Shown: positions 23,829 through 37,548, numbered from the whole stretch's first letter. The stretch: 62,829 nt of DNA, filler included, from Nemertoderma westbladi (GCA_032718475.1; 4 parts of 4 records of this genome joined end to end with filler, not necessarily neighbours in it), one strand, 5' to 3'. Numbers and translations are program-made. Notes: a model not told the origin generated them from the letters alone.

Positions 23829-24426
23829 ACTACTACTACTACTACTAGGATCGGCATGCTGCATTGCAGCTGCATTTTTAAGAATGCTGTGCCGGCTTGT
23901 CGACAAAATTGCGCCGCCACAACTCCCTATCACCATCATCTGCATCTTCAAGGCCAGTGTCCTTTAAGATGCGTCTCAAGAAAGTGACGGACTGTCCACC
24001 ATGCTTATTCACTCCATGAGGCTGCCAAAGTACAAGATTATGCAATGGCTGGTCCTCACGGCGAAAGCAATGTCCTGCAAAGCGGAGGCGATTTTGTTCT
24101 AGTGTCAAGCTTGGGGGAACCAATGATACACCTCCAATGTTATATAGTGTTTGGTTAGAGATGTGTGCATTGTACTTGACACAATGAACCCGGCGTAGCA
24201 TTCTTGTGAATGTGCCATCCAGAGATGTGGTGTCCTCAGCAGTTAGAGCCCAGCATGGACTCCCATAGAGGAGTACTGGGACTACTGCTGCTCTAAATAA
24301 TCGGACCTTAAGTTTCCGATTAATTGTCGGTGACTTCCAAATCCTTGAAAGCCTATTCAAGGCTACCCATGCCTTTCCCTTACGTATTCGAAGGTCCTCA
24401 CATGACTTCCGGATCCATGATCCCAT
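23829..24426 (-). mobile_element. RTE-clade LINE 3' fragment with (TAG)n tail
   Basis: GSWI...RKGKAWVAL...LKVRLFRAAVVPVLLYG...RLRFAGHCFR; near-identical to 47777-48375; (ACT)n tail on plus strand. Confidence 0.9.
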
Positions 24427-25488
24427 CATCATCACGTACAACAAGTGACAGCAAAATAAATATACAACCCATTCTAGTACCTATATTCACAATTGTTCGG
24501 ATCACGAGAAATTTGAATAGAAAACAAAAATTACAGTATTACAGTAGCAGCTGTAGGGTAGACACCGATTCCGGTAATTAACTACATACAATACTGCAAT
24601 ATAAAACCAATACCGGTCCGGTTCGTGTCGCAATATCAACAATAGGTCGATAGAATTTCATTAAATTTCAAATTCCCCCCTACTCAATAAGAATTTCCAA
24701 ATCCAACCAATGAATGGGTTGGCCTCTTTGGAGCGCTGGGTGCAGTAGTGTGGTGCACTTGGTGTGTGGTCATGAGGAGGTCAAACTGAGTGGATGACTG
24801 GGTTATCAGGGGTGGAGGATGGCTGTCTCCATTTGGGAGTCCTGCAGGTCTGGGCGACAAGCAATAATGGTACTGAGTTTTTATGAACGACCCCTGGGGG
24901 CTAATATTAATAATTATTTGATAATAATAATTTGAAAAAACAGGTTACAAAATTGTGTTTAGTTTATTGTTTTGGTTAAAATAACGTGCCACCTACTCCT
25001 TTCCCTAAATTGAGAATATACCATTGAGAATATTATTTCGCCAAGGCGGGTTTTGCGTCCAGTTACCCCCCCCCCCCCCCCCCTTACTCATTGGTTGATA
25101 AGACCCAAACTTTTATTTAAACAACGCTTTTTAGGTTTGGATACAGTCCACGACATTTATGGTTCAACATACCGACTTTGAATGCCCGTATCTTATAGAG
25201 CCACTTATTATATGGCGACATTTTTTTCGTAACCAAGCTGAATAATTGCAGATTCTTAAAATCTGATTGATTGGACACAATTTTGTAGAATATTAGTTAT
25301 GAACTGAATTTTACTAAAAGGGACAATTTTCGTAATTTATAACAAAAATTATATTTGCTGCTTTCCCAATCCCACTCTCTCTCTCTAATTATCCCAGGTG
25401 CTAAATGTTTAGTGCTAAATTTAGTAGCTAATTAAATGCTTTTACAGGAAATATATAACACTATTACCATTTAAGACTGAATTAATAG

Positions 25489-25624
25489 TTATTTAATTGT
25501 GTTACTGAGTGCAACTTTGCATATCTGAATCCGTGTTTCCATATTCTTTAGGGTACGTGCAGCCCGCCGTGTTTTCTTGCTGTTAACATCTGTGTAGGTT
25601 GTTTGAATGTGGTTTCCAAGCTTT
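25489..25624 (-). CDS. HAUS4: Candidate last exon (exon 5) of HAUS4-like gene
   Basis: Acceptor TTTATTTTGATTCTTAAATTTTAAG, phase-compatible with the exon 4 phase-2 donor; encodes KLGNHIQTTYTDVNSKKTRR...IQICKVALSNTIK*, only weakly similar to the HAUS4 C-terminus. Confidence 0.45.
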
Positions 25625-25965
25625 CTTAAAATTTAAGAATCAAAATAAACTTTATTGCAAGTCGTCGAGTAGAAGCAGAATTATCCAATGTGATACATTT
25701 TGGTAACATTTTGGCTACTATTTGTGTTTCAGGCAGTATCAAGCAAGCAGTCGGCCGAAGCCGGAGGCGACTCGAAAGCTCCACTTTCGATAGCTGCTAC
25801 CCGATGGTAGGGGTGGGTGCTACTCTTATCCCAAGAATTGCTCCCAGTTATTTAACTGGTACTCATTCAGACAATATAAACTTTGAAATTAATTGAGATA
25901 CTGTATTCAATTTACTTAAAGTAATGTATTTTACTTTCGAGCGGCGCGGAATGCGGTATTATTAG

Positions 25966-28900
25966 GAGTCCACCTAGCGTCCACTAACCGTATTTGTCTG
26001 CGTCCACCTAGCGTCCACTAACCGTATTTGTTTGAGTCCACCTAGCGTCCACTAACCGTATTTGTTTGAGTCCACCTAGCGTCCACTAACTGTATTTGTC
26101 TGCGTCCACTAACCGTATTTGTTTGAGTCCACCTAGCGTCCACTAACCGTATTTGTTTGAGTCCACCTAGCGTCCACTAACCGTATTTGTTTGAGTCCAC
26201 CTAGCGTCCACTAACCGTATTTGTTTGAGTCCACCTAGCGTCCACTAACTGTATTTGTCTGCGTCCACTAACCGTATTTGTTTGAGTCCACCTAGCGTCC
26301 ACTAACTGTATTTGTCTGCGTCCACTAACCGTATTTGTTTGAGTCCACCTAGCGTCCACTAACCGTATTTGTTTGAGTCCACCTAGCGTCCACTAACTGT
26401 ATTTGTCTGCGTCCACTAACCGTATTTGTTTGAGTCCACCTAGCGTCCACTAACCGTATTTGTTTGAGTCCACCTAGCGTCCACTAACCGTATTTGTTTG
26501 AGTCCACCTAGCGTCCACTAACCGTATTTGTTTGAGTCCACCTAGCGTCCACTAACCGTATTTGTTTGAGTCCACCTAGCGTCCACTAACCGTATTTGTT
26601 TGAGTCCACCTAGCGTCCACTAACCGTATTTGTTTGAGTCCACCTAGCGTCCACTAACCGTATTTGTTTGAGTCCACCTAGCGTCCACTAACCGTATTTG
26701 TTTGAGTCCACCTAGCGTCCACTAACCGTATTTGTTCTGCGTCCACTAACCGTATTTGTTTGAGTCCACCTAGCGTCCACTAACCGTATTTGTTTGAGTC
26801 CACCTAGCGTCCACTAACCGTATTTGTTTGAGTCCACCTAGCGTCCACTAACCGTATTTGTTTGAGTCCGCCTAGCGTCCACTAACCGTATTTGTTTGAG
26901 TCCACCTAGCGTCCACTAACCGTATTTGTTTGAGTCCACCTAGCGTCCACTAACCGTATTTGTTTGAGTCCACCTAGCGTCCACTAACCGTATTTGTTTG
27001 AGTCCACCTAGCGTCCACTAACCGTATTTGTCTGCGTCCACTAACCGTATTTGTTTGAGTCCACCTAGCGTCCACTAACCGTATTTGTTTGAGTCCACCT
27101 AGCGTCCACTAACCGTATTTGTTTGAGTCCACCTAGCGTCCACTAACCGTATTTGTTTGAGTCCACCTAGCGTCCACTAACCGTATTTGTTTGAGTCCAC
27201 CTAGCGTCCACTAACCGTATTTGTTTGAGTCCACCTAGCGTCCACTAACCGTATTTGTTTGAGTCCACCTAGCGTCCACTAACCGTATTTGTTTGAGTCC
27301 ACCTACCGTATTTGTTTGAGTCCACCTAGCGTCCACTAACTGTATTTGTCTGCGTCCACTAACCGTATTTGTTTGAGTCCACCTAGCGTCCACTAACCGT
27401 ATTTGTTTGAGTCCGCCTAGCGTCCACTAACCGTATTTGTTTGAGTCCACCTAGCGTCCACTAACCGTATTTGTTTGAGTCCACCTAGCGTCCACTAACC
27501 GTATTTGTTTGAGTCCACCTAGCGTCCACTAACCGTATTTGTCTGCGTCCACTAACCGTATTTGTCTGCGTCCACTAACCGTATTTGTTTGAGTCCACCT
27601 AGCGTCCACTAACCGTATTTGTTTGAGTCCGCCTAGCGTCCACTAACCGTATTTGTTTGAGTCCACCTAGCGTCCACTAACCGTATTTGTTCTGCGTCCA
27701 CTAACGTATTTGTCTGCGTCCACTAACCGTATTTGTTTGAGTCCACCTAGCGTCCACTAACCGTATTTGTTTGAGTCCGCCTAGCGTCCACTAACCGTAT
27801 TTGTTCTGCGTCCACTAACCGTATTTGTTTGAGTCCACCTAGCGTCCACTAACCGTATTTGTTTGAGTCCACCTAGCGTCCACTAACCGTATTTGTTTGA
27901 GTCCGCCTAGCGTCCACTAACCGTATTTGTTTGAGTCCACCTAGCGTCCACTAACCGTATTTGTTTGAGTCCACCTAGCGTCCACTAACCGTATTTGTTT
28001 GAGTCCACCTAGCGTCCACTAACCGTATTTGTCTGCGTCCACTAACCGTATTTGTTTGAGTCCACCTAGCGTCCACTAACTGTATTTGTCTGCGTCCACT
28101 AACCGTATTTGTTTGAGTCCACCTAGCGTCCACTAACCGTATTTGTTTGAGTCCACCTAGCGTCCACTAACCGTATTTGTTTGAGTCCACCTAGCGTCCA
28201 CTAACCGTATTTGTCTGCGTCCACCTAGCGTCCACTAACTGTATTTGTCTGCGTCCACTAACCGTATTTGTCTGAGTCCACCTAGCGTCCACTAACCGTA
28301 TTTGTTTGAGTCCACCTAGCGTCCACTAACCGTATTTGTTTGAGTCCACCTAGCGTCCACTAACCGTATTTGTCTGCGTCCACCTAGCGTCCACTAACTG
28401 TATTTGTCTGCGTCCACTAACCGTATTTGTTTGAGTCCACCTAGCGTCCACTAACCGTATTTGTTTGAGTCCACCTAGCGTCCACTAACCGTATTTGTTT
28501 GAGTCCACCTAGCGTCCACTAACCGTATTTGTTTGAGTCCACCTAGCGTCCACTAACTGTATTTGTCTGCGTCCACTAACCGTATTTGTTTGAGTCCACC
28601 TAGCGTCCACTAACCGTATTTGTTCTAGCGTCCACTAACGTATTTGTCTGCGTCCACTAACCGTATTTGTTTGAGTCCACCTAGCGTCCACTAACCGTAT
28701 TTGTTTGAGTCCACCTAGCGTCCACTAACTGTATTTGTTTGAGTCCACCTAGCGTCCACTAACCGTATTTGTTTGAGTCCACCTAGCGTCCACTAACTGT
28801 ATTTGTCTGCGTCCACTAACCGTATTTGTTTGAGTCCACCTAGCGTCCACTAACCGTATTTGTTTGCGTCCACCTAGCGTCCACTAACCGTATTTGTTGA

Positions 28901-30226
28901 GTCCACTAGCGTCCACTAACCGTATTTGTTTGAGTCCACCTAGCGTCCACTAACTGTATTTGTTTGAGTCCACCTAGCGTCCACTAACCGTATTTGTTTG
29001 AGTCCACCTAGCGTCCACTAACTGTATTTGTCTGCGTCCACTAACCGTATTTGTCTGAGTCCATCTAGCGTCCACTAACCGTATTTGTTTGAGTCCACCT
29101 AGCGTCCACTAACCGTATTTGTTTGAGTCCACCTAGCGTCCACTAACCGTATTTGTCTGCGTCCACCTAGCGTCCACTAACTGTATTTGTCTGCGTCCAC
29201 TAACCGTATTTGTTTGAGTCCACCTAGCGTCCACTAACCGTATTTGTTTGAGTCCACCTAGCGTCTACTAACTGTATTTGTCTGCGTCCACTAACCGTAT
29301 TTGTTTGAGTCCACCTAGCGTCCACTAACTGTATTTGTCTGCGTCCACTAACCGTATTTGTCTGAGTCCATCTAGCGTCCACTAACCGTATTTGTTTGAG
29401 TCCACCTAGCGTCCACTAACCGTATTTGTTTGAGTCCACCTAGCGTCCACTAACCGTATTTGTCTGCGTCCACCTAGCGTCCACTAACTGTATTTGTCTG
29501 CGTCCACTAACCGTATTTGTCTGCGTCCACTAACTGTATTTGTCTGCGTCCACTAACCGTATTTGTTTGAGTCCACCTAGCGTCTACTAACTGTATTTGT
29601 CTGCGTCCACTAACCGTATTTGTCTGAGTCCATCTAGCGTCCACTAACCGTATTTGTTTGAGTCCACCTAGCGTCCACTAACCGTATTTCTTTGAGTCCG
29701 TCTAGCGTCCACTAACCGTATTTGTTTGAGTCCACCTACCGTCCACTAACTGTATTTGTTTGAGTCCACCTAGCGTCCACTAACCGTATTTGTCTGCGTC
29801 CACTAACCGTATTTGTTTGAGTCCACCTAGCGTCCACTAACTGTATTTGTCTGCGTCCACTAACCGTATTTGTTGCGTCCACTAACCGTATTTGTTTGAG
29901 TCCACCTAGCGTCCACTAACTGTATTTGTCTGCGTCCACTAACCGTATTTGTTTGAGTCCACCTAGCGTCCACTAACCGTATTTGTTTGAGTCCACCTAG
30001 CGTCCACTAACCGTATTTGTTTGAGTCCACCTAGCGTCCACTAACTGTATTTGTCTGCGTCCACCTAGCGTCCACTAACTGTATTTGTCTGCGTCCACTA
30101 ACCGTATTTGTTTGAGTCCACCTAGCGTCCACTAACTGTATTTGTCTGCGTCCACCTAACGTCCACTAACCGTATTAGTTGGAGTCCATCTAACGTCCAC
30201 TAACCGTATTTGTTTGAGTCCACCTA
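25966..30226. repeat. Satellite, 34-bp unit GAGTCCACCTAGCGTCCACTAACCGTATTTGTTT (with 23-bp short variants), >120 copies, derived from the HAUS4 exon 4/intron 4 junction
   Basis: Directly visible; the terminal unit overlaps the coding exon end (GGLKQIR) and the GTTAGT donor. Confidence 0.97.
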
Positions 30227-30404
30227 TTGTTTTATGATTGTACGTGTCGTAACGTAACTCCAGCTCTAATTTCCGTAATTTACTACAGAGGGCGTCGGTG
30301 CGAACTTTCAACCAATCAGCGATCACGGTTATCTGTTCCCCCTGTACATACACAATCTCCATGGTTATCACATTTTCCAGAACTCTTATATAGTCCATGG
30401 CAAC
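30205..30404 (-). CDS. HAUS4: HAUS4-like exon 4
   Basis: TTCCAG|VAMDYIRVLE...ADWLKVRTDALCSKLRKLELELRYDTYNHKTIGGLKQIR|GTTAGT; resembles the HAUS4 segment YLEVKCGAMILKLRMEELKILSDTY...HRLIR as remembered. Confidence 0.8.
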
Positions 30405-30490
30405 CTGGAACACAATACAAACAGATAAAATAAAATATCCACTCATTCCTTATAGCCAGATAACTAAAACGCTGCGAGAGCGGCGTGAAC

Positions 30491-30538
<48 letters not shown>

Positions 30539-30744
30539 CCCCCGGGACAAGTTACTACATAGCATAACTCCAGCAACTCGTCTCTATTACAAGCCGAATT
30601 AATTTCGCTCATCCTGTACATATCGTCACAAAAGTGTAGATTATAACATTCCACTACCGGTACTGAACAAAATCTGGTGTGATCAATAATATTCGAAACC
30701 AGGTGGTTTATAGGAATATATCCAACGCAGTGCTCGTCTTCATT

Positions 30745-31480
30745 ATAAGCCTCATTGCGTTCGTCCTAAACGCAGACTGACGACCTTCATGTGAAGTCTC
30801 GAAGCTGTGCGAGTAACTGCTGATTTATGGCAGATGGATACATACATACATACATACACATACATACATACACATACATACATAACATACATAGATAGAG
30901 AAAAACTTTTTACAAAATACTCCCTCTCCGCCTATAGGCATACATGCAGGTTCGTTATCATTCCACATTTGTGGGGCGAGCCACGGATTTGGCGAAGCCT
31001 TAACTTGTCAACTGTTAGGTTAGTTAACTTACACTGTTATGGGGCTGGGTGAATTTTAGCAAACAGTTGTCGTTGTCGTCGTCGTTACGATTTTGACATG
31101 CTAATAACTTTGTCGGATTTAAAGCTGTCGAGTTAAAAATTTGTAGGCATCGATTATTAAACGACCAAAAGTTAAGATCTTTGAGAGACTATCAGAAACC
31201 GTCAATTCAATAATTTCATACTTTTAATAATTTGCTACATATTAAATGATTTCTTTGCTTTTAATCCGTTCAAACAGAAACTTTGCCGTGTCTTTAAATG
31301 GAGTCTAATCCGCATGCAGTTCTCCAGTCTCCAGCTAGAGGGCGAAATGTCTGAAATCGAAAACCCTATCCCATTCCCGTGATTTTTTTCCGTTTTAATA
31401 TGAATATTGTAATGCACGAGTCTTTGTGAGGACGCTGATCCATCTACAGTTCTAAAGCCTGCCGCTGCAGGGCGAAATGT
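30745..31480. mobile_element. Dispersed non-autonomous repeat with (ACAT)n microsatellite, within HAUS4 intron 3
   Basis: Shares sequence with 7932-8365 and the TGTGGGGCxAGCCACG motif with ~46466; boundaries approximate. Confidence 0.4.
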
Positions 31481-31865
31481 GAAATGTATGAAAGTAAAAA
31501 CCTTTTTCTCACTTCGTTATTTGTTATCCGTCCAAGCTGATGCTTGGACGGATAAATTTAATATAACGAATAAATTTATACGAACGAACGTAGTGAGTGA
31601 GTGCAAACAAAGATTCGAGGATTCCACAAAATTGTATCTTTACTCATAACGGACTTTTATTATATTCCTACATATGGAAGGATCGAAGTGAAACAAAGGA
31701 AAACTGATTTTCTTAAAAAATTTCACTTTCAACTAAATTTGGCATAATTTCCTAAAACTGACAGACGTTCCTATTTGTTCGAGATAAAACTATATTTACA
31801 AGGACTTTAGGATTCTGTATAAAATCCTGACTGCAGCACTAACTCACACTCACCACCTGAATTAC

Positions 31866-32114
31866 CTTGAAGTATTGCTGAAGCAGACGGGACTGATTAA
31901 TTCTTTTGAATCTCAGGTTTTTAGTGAGTTGCTCCACATCACTGCGATCTCTGTTAACTAGTCCGGCTAGCTTGGCCACCCGTAGACTCCTCCCAGCGCC
32001 AGCACTGTTGTCGTTGGTCGCTGATTGGGATACATAGAAATCGACAAACTTGTGGGATTTCTGTTGTAACATGGCCTCAAACATTGGGATGGTTTGAAGA
32101 ATGACATCTGGATT
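31866..32114 (-). CDS. HAUS4: HAUS4-like exon 3
   Basis: TAG|NPDVILQTIPMFEAMLQQK...LRVAKLAGLV...LLQQYFK|GTAATT, phase 0/0; an alternative in-phase donor GTGAGT would end the exon at 31854. Confidence 0.7.
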
Positions 32115-32446
32115 CTACTTGGTGAAGAAAAATTGAAAAGTAACAGTCATACGCTGACCAATCGTTTTAACTTACGCACAATTTGAAAAAAAAACCGTGA
32201 ATTTTTAATATAAATTGTTGCATTATGTCTACGACATGGGTATAGTCATCATCGTAAAAAGATATATTAGCCTAATTCAAAAATTGTATTGCATGGATAG
32301 AAACATTTGAAACTCATGTATGTCCGGACTGTATATGCACAGACATAACTCACAGAAATACATTTAGTTAGCCTGAAGAAGACCTAGTGTATTGTTAATT
32401 TCTACAACATAATTCGGACCTCTTCGAATGAGGTACCGGGACTCAC

Positions 32447-32680
32447 CTCGTTAAATTTAGTATAATCCCTCAGTTGATCCAACGACACTCCATACGGAAT
32501 ATTTGTGTCACCGGAATATTCTTCGATACATTCCGCAGCAGTCAGGGTTTGTTCCAACCAACGAACTACGCTCTCATCTAGTCCACTTGACTTCGATTCA
32601 AACAACATCTGTTTAATACACTCCAGCAGGATACAATTTTCCAAGTATTGTTGTTTCCGGCTGTCCAGTAGAGAATGTGA
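32447..32680 (-). CDS. HAUS4: HAUS4-like exon 2
   Basis: TTTCAG|SHSLLDSRKQQYLENCILLECIKQMLFE...WLEQTLTAAEC...TKFNE|GTGAGT, phase 0/0. Confidence 0.75.
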
Positions 32681-33009
32681 CTGAAAAAGAATGTGGACAG
32701 TAATTAATATGTCCAGATAGGGGGGCTTCAAAATTCATATCTCGCATGAAACTGTAACCATTGGTTAAAATAAAACTTGTTACCTGTTACCTTCTTCTAG
32801 CCCTGAATTGATAAATTACTTTGATAATTCGTTGAGACAATGTACTATATCGCTGAGATGGAATTTGCGTGAATTTTCTTTAACTGAGTCAATAACGCTG
32901 TCCTGTCCTGATTTGCATGTTCTTCGCATTTAATAACATTACCGAGTTTAGCGGCATGTACTAAGCTCTTGATTAATGCCCGATTCAATGATATAGGGTA
33001 TCGTCTTAC

Positions 33010-33117
33010 CTTTGACAACATTGAGGCAGCTTTGGCACTGCTACATCCCTGCTGATTATCAAGTCGTTTCCGAATCTCCACCAATAGGTTACCAAACGAA
33101 TCATTGCGTCTAGACAT
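33010..33117 (-). CDS. HAUS4: HAUS4-like (augmin subunit 4) coding exon 1
   Basis: MSRRNDSFGNLLVEIRKRLDNQQGCSSAKAASMLSK|GTAAGA; similar to HAUS4 FSKLLLNLSQHVDESGLS as remembered. Confidence 0.65.
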
Positions 33118-36100
33118 TGCCAATCGTTTCAATAAGTATATATAGAAAGGAAAGAGTAAAGAGTCAGGCCTATCACCAATCACGGTTTACAGTTTGGTCA
33201 GTTGGTTAGGGTTGTTAGGCAGGCATTTAGGTCTCGACTATCGACCCCAATAAAAAGTGTACAACTGCAGCACTGCAGCAGGCTACCGGTACGGATCACC
33301 TGCAGCTACGCTACAACCACACGCACACACCATATCAATCATATCATGATCATGAACAAAACTCACACAAATTGGTAGGCCTAATTTCCAGTTCGATTTT
33401 TGTGTGGATACTGGACTACCTGCAGTACAGCAGTACAGTACAGACAGTCTAGACTAAGAGATTACAGCCAGAGAGCGCAGATTACATCGCCACCCCACCG
33501 ACAAACCGCGATCAACCGGGAGTATTTTCCACTCCAACTGTCCGAACTCCATTAGCATTACGCACAGACAAAACTAACGGAACGACTGTAGGAGTAGGTA
33601 CAGTCTGACAATACCAGTGTCAGCCAGTACCCAGGTACCGGTGCGGTACTTGATGTAGGCGCACTATCAGTCAGGCAGTAGCAGTGTATGTCATTGTCAA
33701 TTTCAATAATTTGAATTTCCCCCCAAAATATCCAGCCTGCAAGCTGGCTATAAGAAGACCGTCTATAAGACAACAAAACCGAAAAAAACTAAATCTTAAT
33801 TCCGTTTCTGTGTTAGACCGAAGCGTAAATATGAACAAATATTTAACCATATCCAAATTTCCCATAAAAAGTCGACCGAGAAGTGAAATCCTGGTATTCT
33901 TCACATGGGCGATCCTGGCATCACTATGAAGCAACCAATTTAATATAAGCATTCTCTCGATAATGGTTTGGTTAATAATACAGTATAATGGAGGTAGAGA
34001 GTGGGGGTGTCATGTCAATATAATCGTCCAGTATCAATATAAGTCTGCCCGACAGCTGTTATGATTATAGCTGACTGATTGTTTAGTAGAATATTGGTTT
34101 GAACGAAGACAGAGTTAAAGCTGCACATATACATACTTGACATCCCAACATGTAGAACACGTTCACTTCCAAGCCAATATCAAAGTGCACGCACACACAC
34201 AGACAAACAAATAAACTGGCAGCAAGAAGCTCTAACGATCTCTAATTTATAATAAATTAAACAATAAATTATTGTTTTAGATCGACAATTTTCAATTAAT
34301 TTATTGAATATTGTTGTCTAATTTTATAAGGAAATGTACAGGCCAGACACCGTAACATAATTTTTTTCGATACTTTTTTTTCCACATGCTGGGGTTGAGC
34401 TGCGTCGATTGATATAACTTTCATTGACGGACGAGCTATTGCTTCGGAGGAGTTCATCTCTGCCTTGCAATGTAAAAAGACCGTAAGTCGCATTTTTCCA
34501 AAATTCACTTTTTCACTTTTTCTGGGTCTAAAAAATGCGCTCTATCTAATGGTATAATCGAGAACACCGTATCTAAGTAAGTAAAATTACCCTGAAGTCA
34601 AAATATTAATGAAAAGTGAAAAATAATCACGTAGAAAAATTTCCCACCCCCAATTGCGTAGGTTTAAGTTTAAAATTAGTAATTTACGGAGATTTTAAAC
34701 CAACAATCTGAAGGCAAACACTAATTTGCGTTTTACTCGAAATGACTTTTTGTGACTTGCGGTCTTTTTACATTCCACGGCAGATTAATATATTATTCGT
34801 ATATCATATAATAAACGTACAGTAGAGGTAAAAATACGATTTGTGGAATAAAATTAACGAATTGTAAGAAAACAGTTGTATTCTTTCTTATGACTCCTTG
34901 ATGTTTAATTGATAACTCCTCCCGCTCGGCAAGTTATACATATCGGGTTCATCCGGAAAAAGCAAATTTGTTTTTCGTAAATAAATATAATTGTATAAAA
35001 TTATATATGTACAGTATGTACAGGTATACCTTTTTATAAAAGTCCTCGTATCTTCGAACCCCAAATAATGCTGCAATCCGTTAGTATTGGAAATATATAA
35101 ATTAAAAGGGATGACTGGAATTATTACTACAGTTAAAAAAGTTGAAAATGAATTTATTTAAATTCCAATATGTGTTATAATAGTTGGATTGAAATTATAT
35201 ATATTAATATTATATTGTATTAAGATATTAACGACTAATTCTTCGATATATACACATTGAATCTCAAATAATCCAATATATACAACAACACATTAAATAT
35301 ATAGGGTAATTGTTATGTTCTCATTCACTTCTGTTATTATTCATAAGTAATTTCAAAAATTCGAAGATTTTCATTACATAAAGCAAATGCATAAAATTTC
35401 CTAAGTAACGAATATTACAGTACAAAATTATATCCCATTCAAAAAGGTTAACACATTCGATTCCTAAATTATACATAATAGTAAATTAGATATTACATTA
35501 ATGTAGACCTTCCTCTATATTTGACTAATCTCTACTTGAAAAATCAATTAGTATTCTGTAGTTCAAAGCTTTGAGAAAAAAGTTAGAAACTAACTACAAA
35601 AATAAATTCGGTAGACAAACAGTAGTTCAGACTCCTGTAAGAACAACGGACAACGTGAGGTTTTATCGCGGCGCTATAAACGGCGCTTCTTTGTTATTTA
35701 TAAAATATTAACTGAACTTCCGTTCAGTTATGATGAGTTTCACTCACTTATACCTTCGCGCATTCGTAATACACACATTGTATTGTAATAAATGTAAGAA
35801 TTATAATTCATATTATGGCCTACATAAGCCTCTCGTAATTTTACACAATAATATTGGTAATAGTGCCAATAAATCAGTAAAATTTAAGATTAAGTTTCTT
35901 ATAATATAAGGTCTACTGCAGTCAATAACTCATAGTCGCACGTATTTAACACTATTTGACCGCAGAAGCAGTATTGGGAAGTATTTTTAATGAGCTTTTA
36001 ATATACAGTACAGTAATTAATGTAGGCCTATTATATAATCCAGTACATCAGGTTTGTGGGTGATTTAATTTTAAGTGTAGCCTACAGTTTACAGTAGTAG

Positions 36101-36269
36101 GCCTACGTACATTGCCCACCGCCAAGTCTAAACTACAATAACAAAGATACAGTACAAGTAATATTACAGAATATTTATTGAGAAATAAATAGTTGTTAGA
36201 TATATTTCGTAATATTTGATTCGACTTTCATATAATGTTGTACCGGTAGCGGTATAGTTGAAGTACCGT

Positions 36270-36599
36270 TTACTCCTGGTTGTTCGACAGGAAGGTGCAG
36301 TGACAGATGCGCTTCCGATGAACTTCAGAGGCTTTCAACCCAATGTCATCCATCACCTCCCATTTCTCTTCTTTCAGACAATAGATACGTACGACCCCTA
36401 GTGCCTCGAAAACATAGAGTTTATCTTCCATTAGGTATGTGGCGGTGGCCGCTAGAGGCGCTGTGGGGATCTGGTGGAACCCGCAGAGTCGCGTCCATTC
36501 GCCCTCCTTTTTGTTCCAGGAGAATATCCGACTAGCGGTGACCAGGAGAACTGAAGACTTGTAACTCGTTATATCGAACTGGGTCTCAGCTTCGGGGAA
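36270..36599 (-). CDS. Terminal exon of a kelch/beta-propeller-like gene (absent from ORF track)
   Basis: TTTGTTAG|FPEAETQFDITSYKSSVLLVTASRIFSWNKKEGEWTRLC...MEDKLYVFEALGVVRIYCLKEEKWEVM...NNQE*; 109 codons open; kelch-like Y/W spacing. Confidence 0.7.
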   Translation of the reverse strand, partial: FPEAETQFDITSYKSSVLLVTASRIFSWNKKEGEWTRLCGFHQIPTAPLAATATYLMEDKLYVFEALGVVRIYCLKEEKWEVMDDIGLKASEVHRKRICHCTFLSNNQE

Positions 36600-36984
36600 C
36601 TAACAAAACAATAAATATGTCGTGATAAAAAGAGTTAAATATAGTAGTAGTAAAATTTAGTTGATGAAAAACTGCAGCTATTGTTTATTTTGTTTGTGGA
36701 AATTTTAAAGTAGTTTTATTGTACCATAAAGTAGTTTTAGTTTTAGTGTAGTTCTGTAAATATACATATAAAAATATATCCAGTTTTATTTGATGAAAAT
36801 GTGCTTTTACATTATTGCAACGGCAATTAAAAATTATCAAAACCTTTTTATAGAATGATAATTATGTACTACTCAGCCTTAATCTTACTTAATCAGACTT
36901 AATCGAGAAAAAAAGGAGTGGGTGCCCAAAACAATTTCGCAATTTATCCGTACCATAATTTTTAAATCTATACATTATTACACT

Positions 36985-37548
36985 ATACTATTACTATACT
37001 TTTTTGCTTACATTGCTATACATTATGCTTACATTACTATACTTTTTTGCTTACATTGCTATACATTATGCTTACATTACTATACTTTTTTGCTTACATT
37101 GCTATACATTATGCTTACATTACTATACTTTTTTGCTTACATTGCTATACATTATGCCTACATTACTATACTTTTTTGCTTACATTGCTATACATTTTGC
37201 TTACATTACTATACTTTTTTGCTTACATTGCTATACATTATGCTTACATTACTATACTTTTTTGCTTACATTACTATACTTTTTTGCTTACATTGCTATA
37301 CTTTTTTGCTTACATTGCTATACATTATGCTTACATTACTATACTTTTTTGCTTACATTGCTATACATTATGCTTACATTACTATACTTTTTTGCTTACA
37401 TTGCTATACATTATGCTTACATTACTATACTTTTTTGCTTACATTGCTATACATTATGCTTACATTACTATACTTTTTTGCTTACATTGCTATACATTAT
37501 GCTTACATTACTATACTTTTTTGCTTACATTGCTATACATTATGCTTA
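36985..37548. repeat. Intronic minisatellite, 43-bp unit TACATTGCTATACATTATGCTTACATTACTATACTTTTTTGCT, ~13 copies
   Basis: Directly visible; explains the three overlapping low-complexity ORFs at 36922-37625. Confidence 0.95.

Noticed and set aside
25966-30226. CRISPR-like 34-bp periodicity (also the 21-bp array at 22262-23120)
   Set aside because: No unique spacers, no cas genes, eukaryotic context.
33671-33952. Ankyrin-like snippet GNLDMVKYL
   Set aside because: Single short motif with no supporting repeats or splice structure; at most a decayed fragment.
36447-36463. CTCF-like GGCCGCTAGAGGCGCTG
   Set aside because: Imperfect match lying within the kelch-like coding exon.
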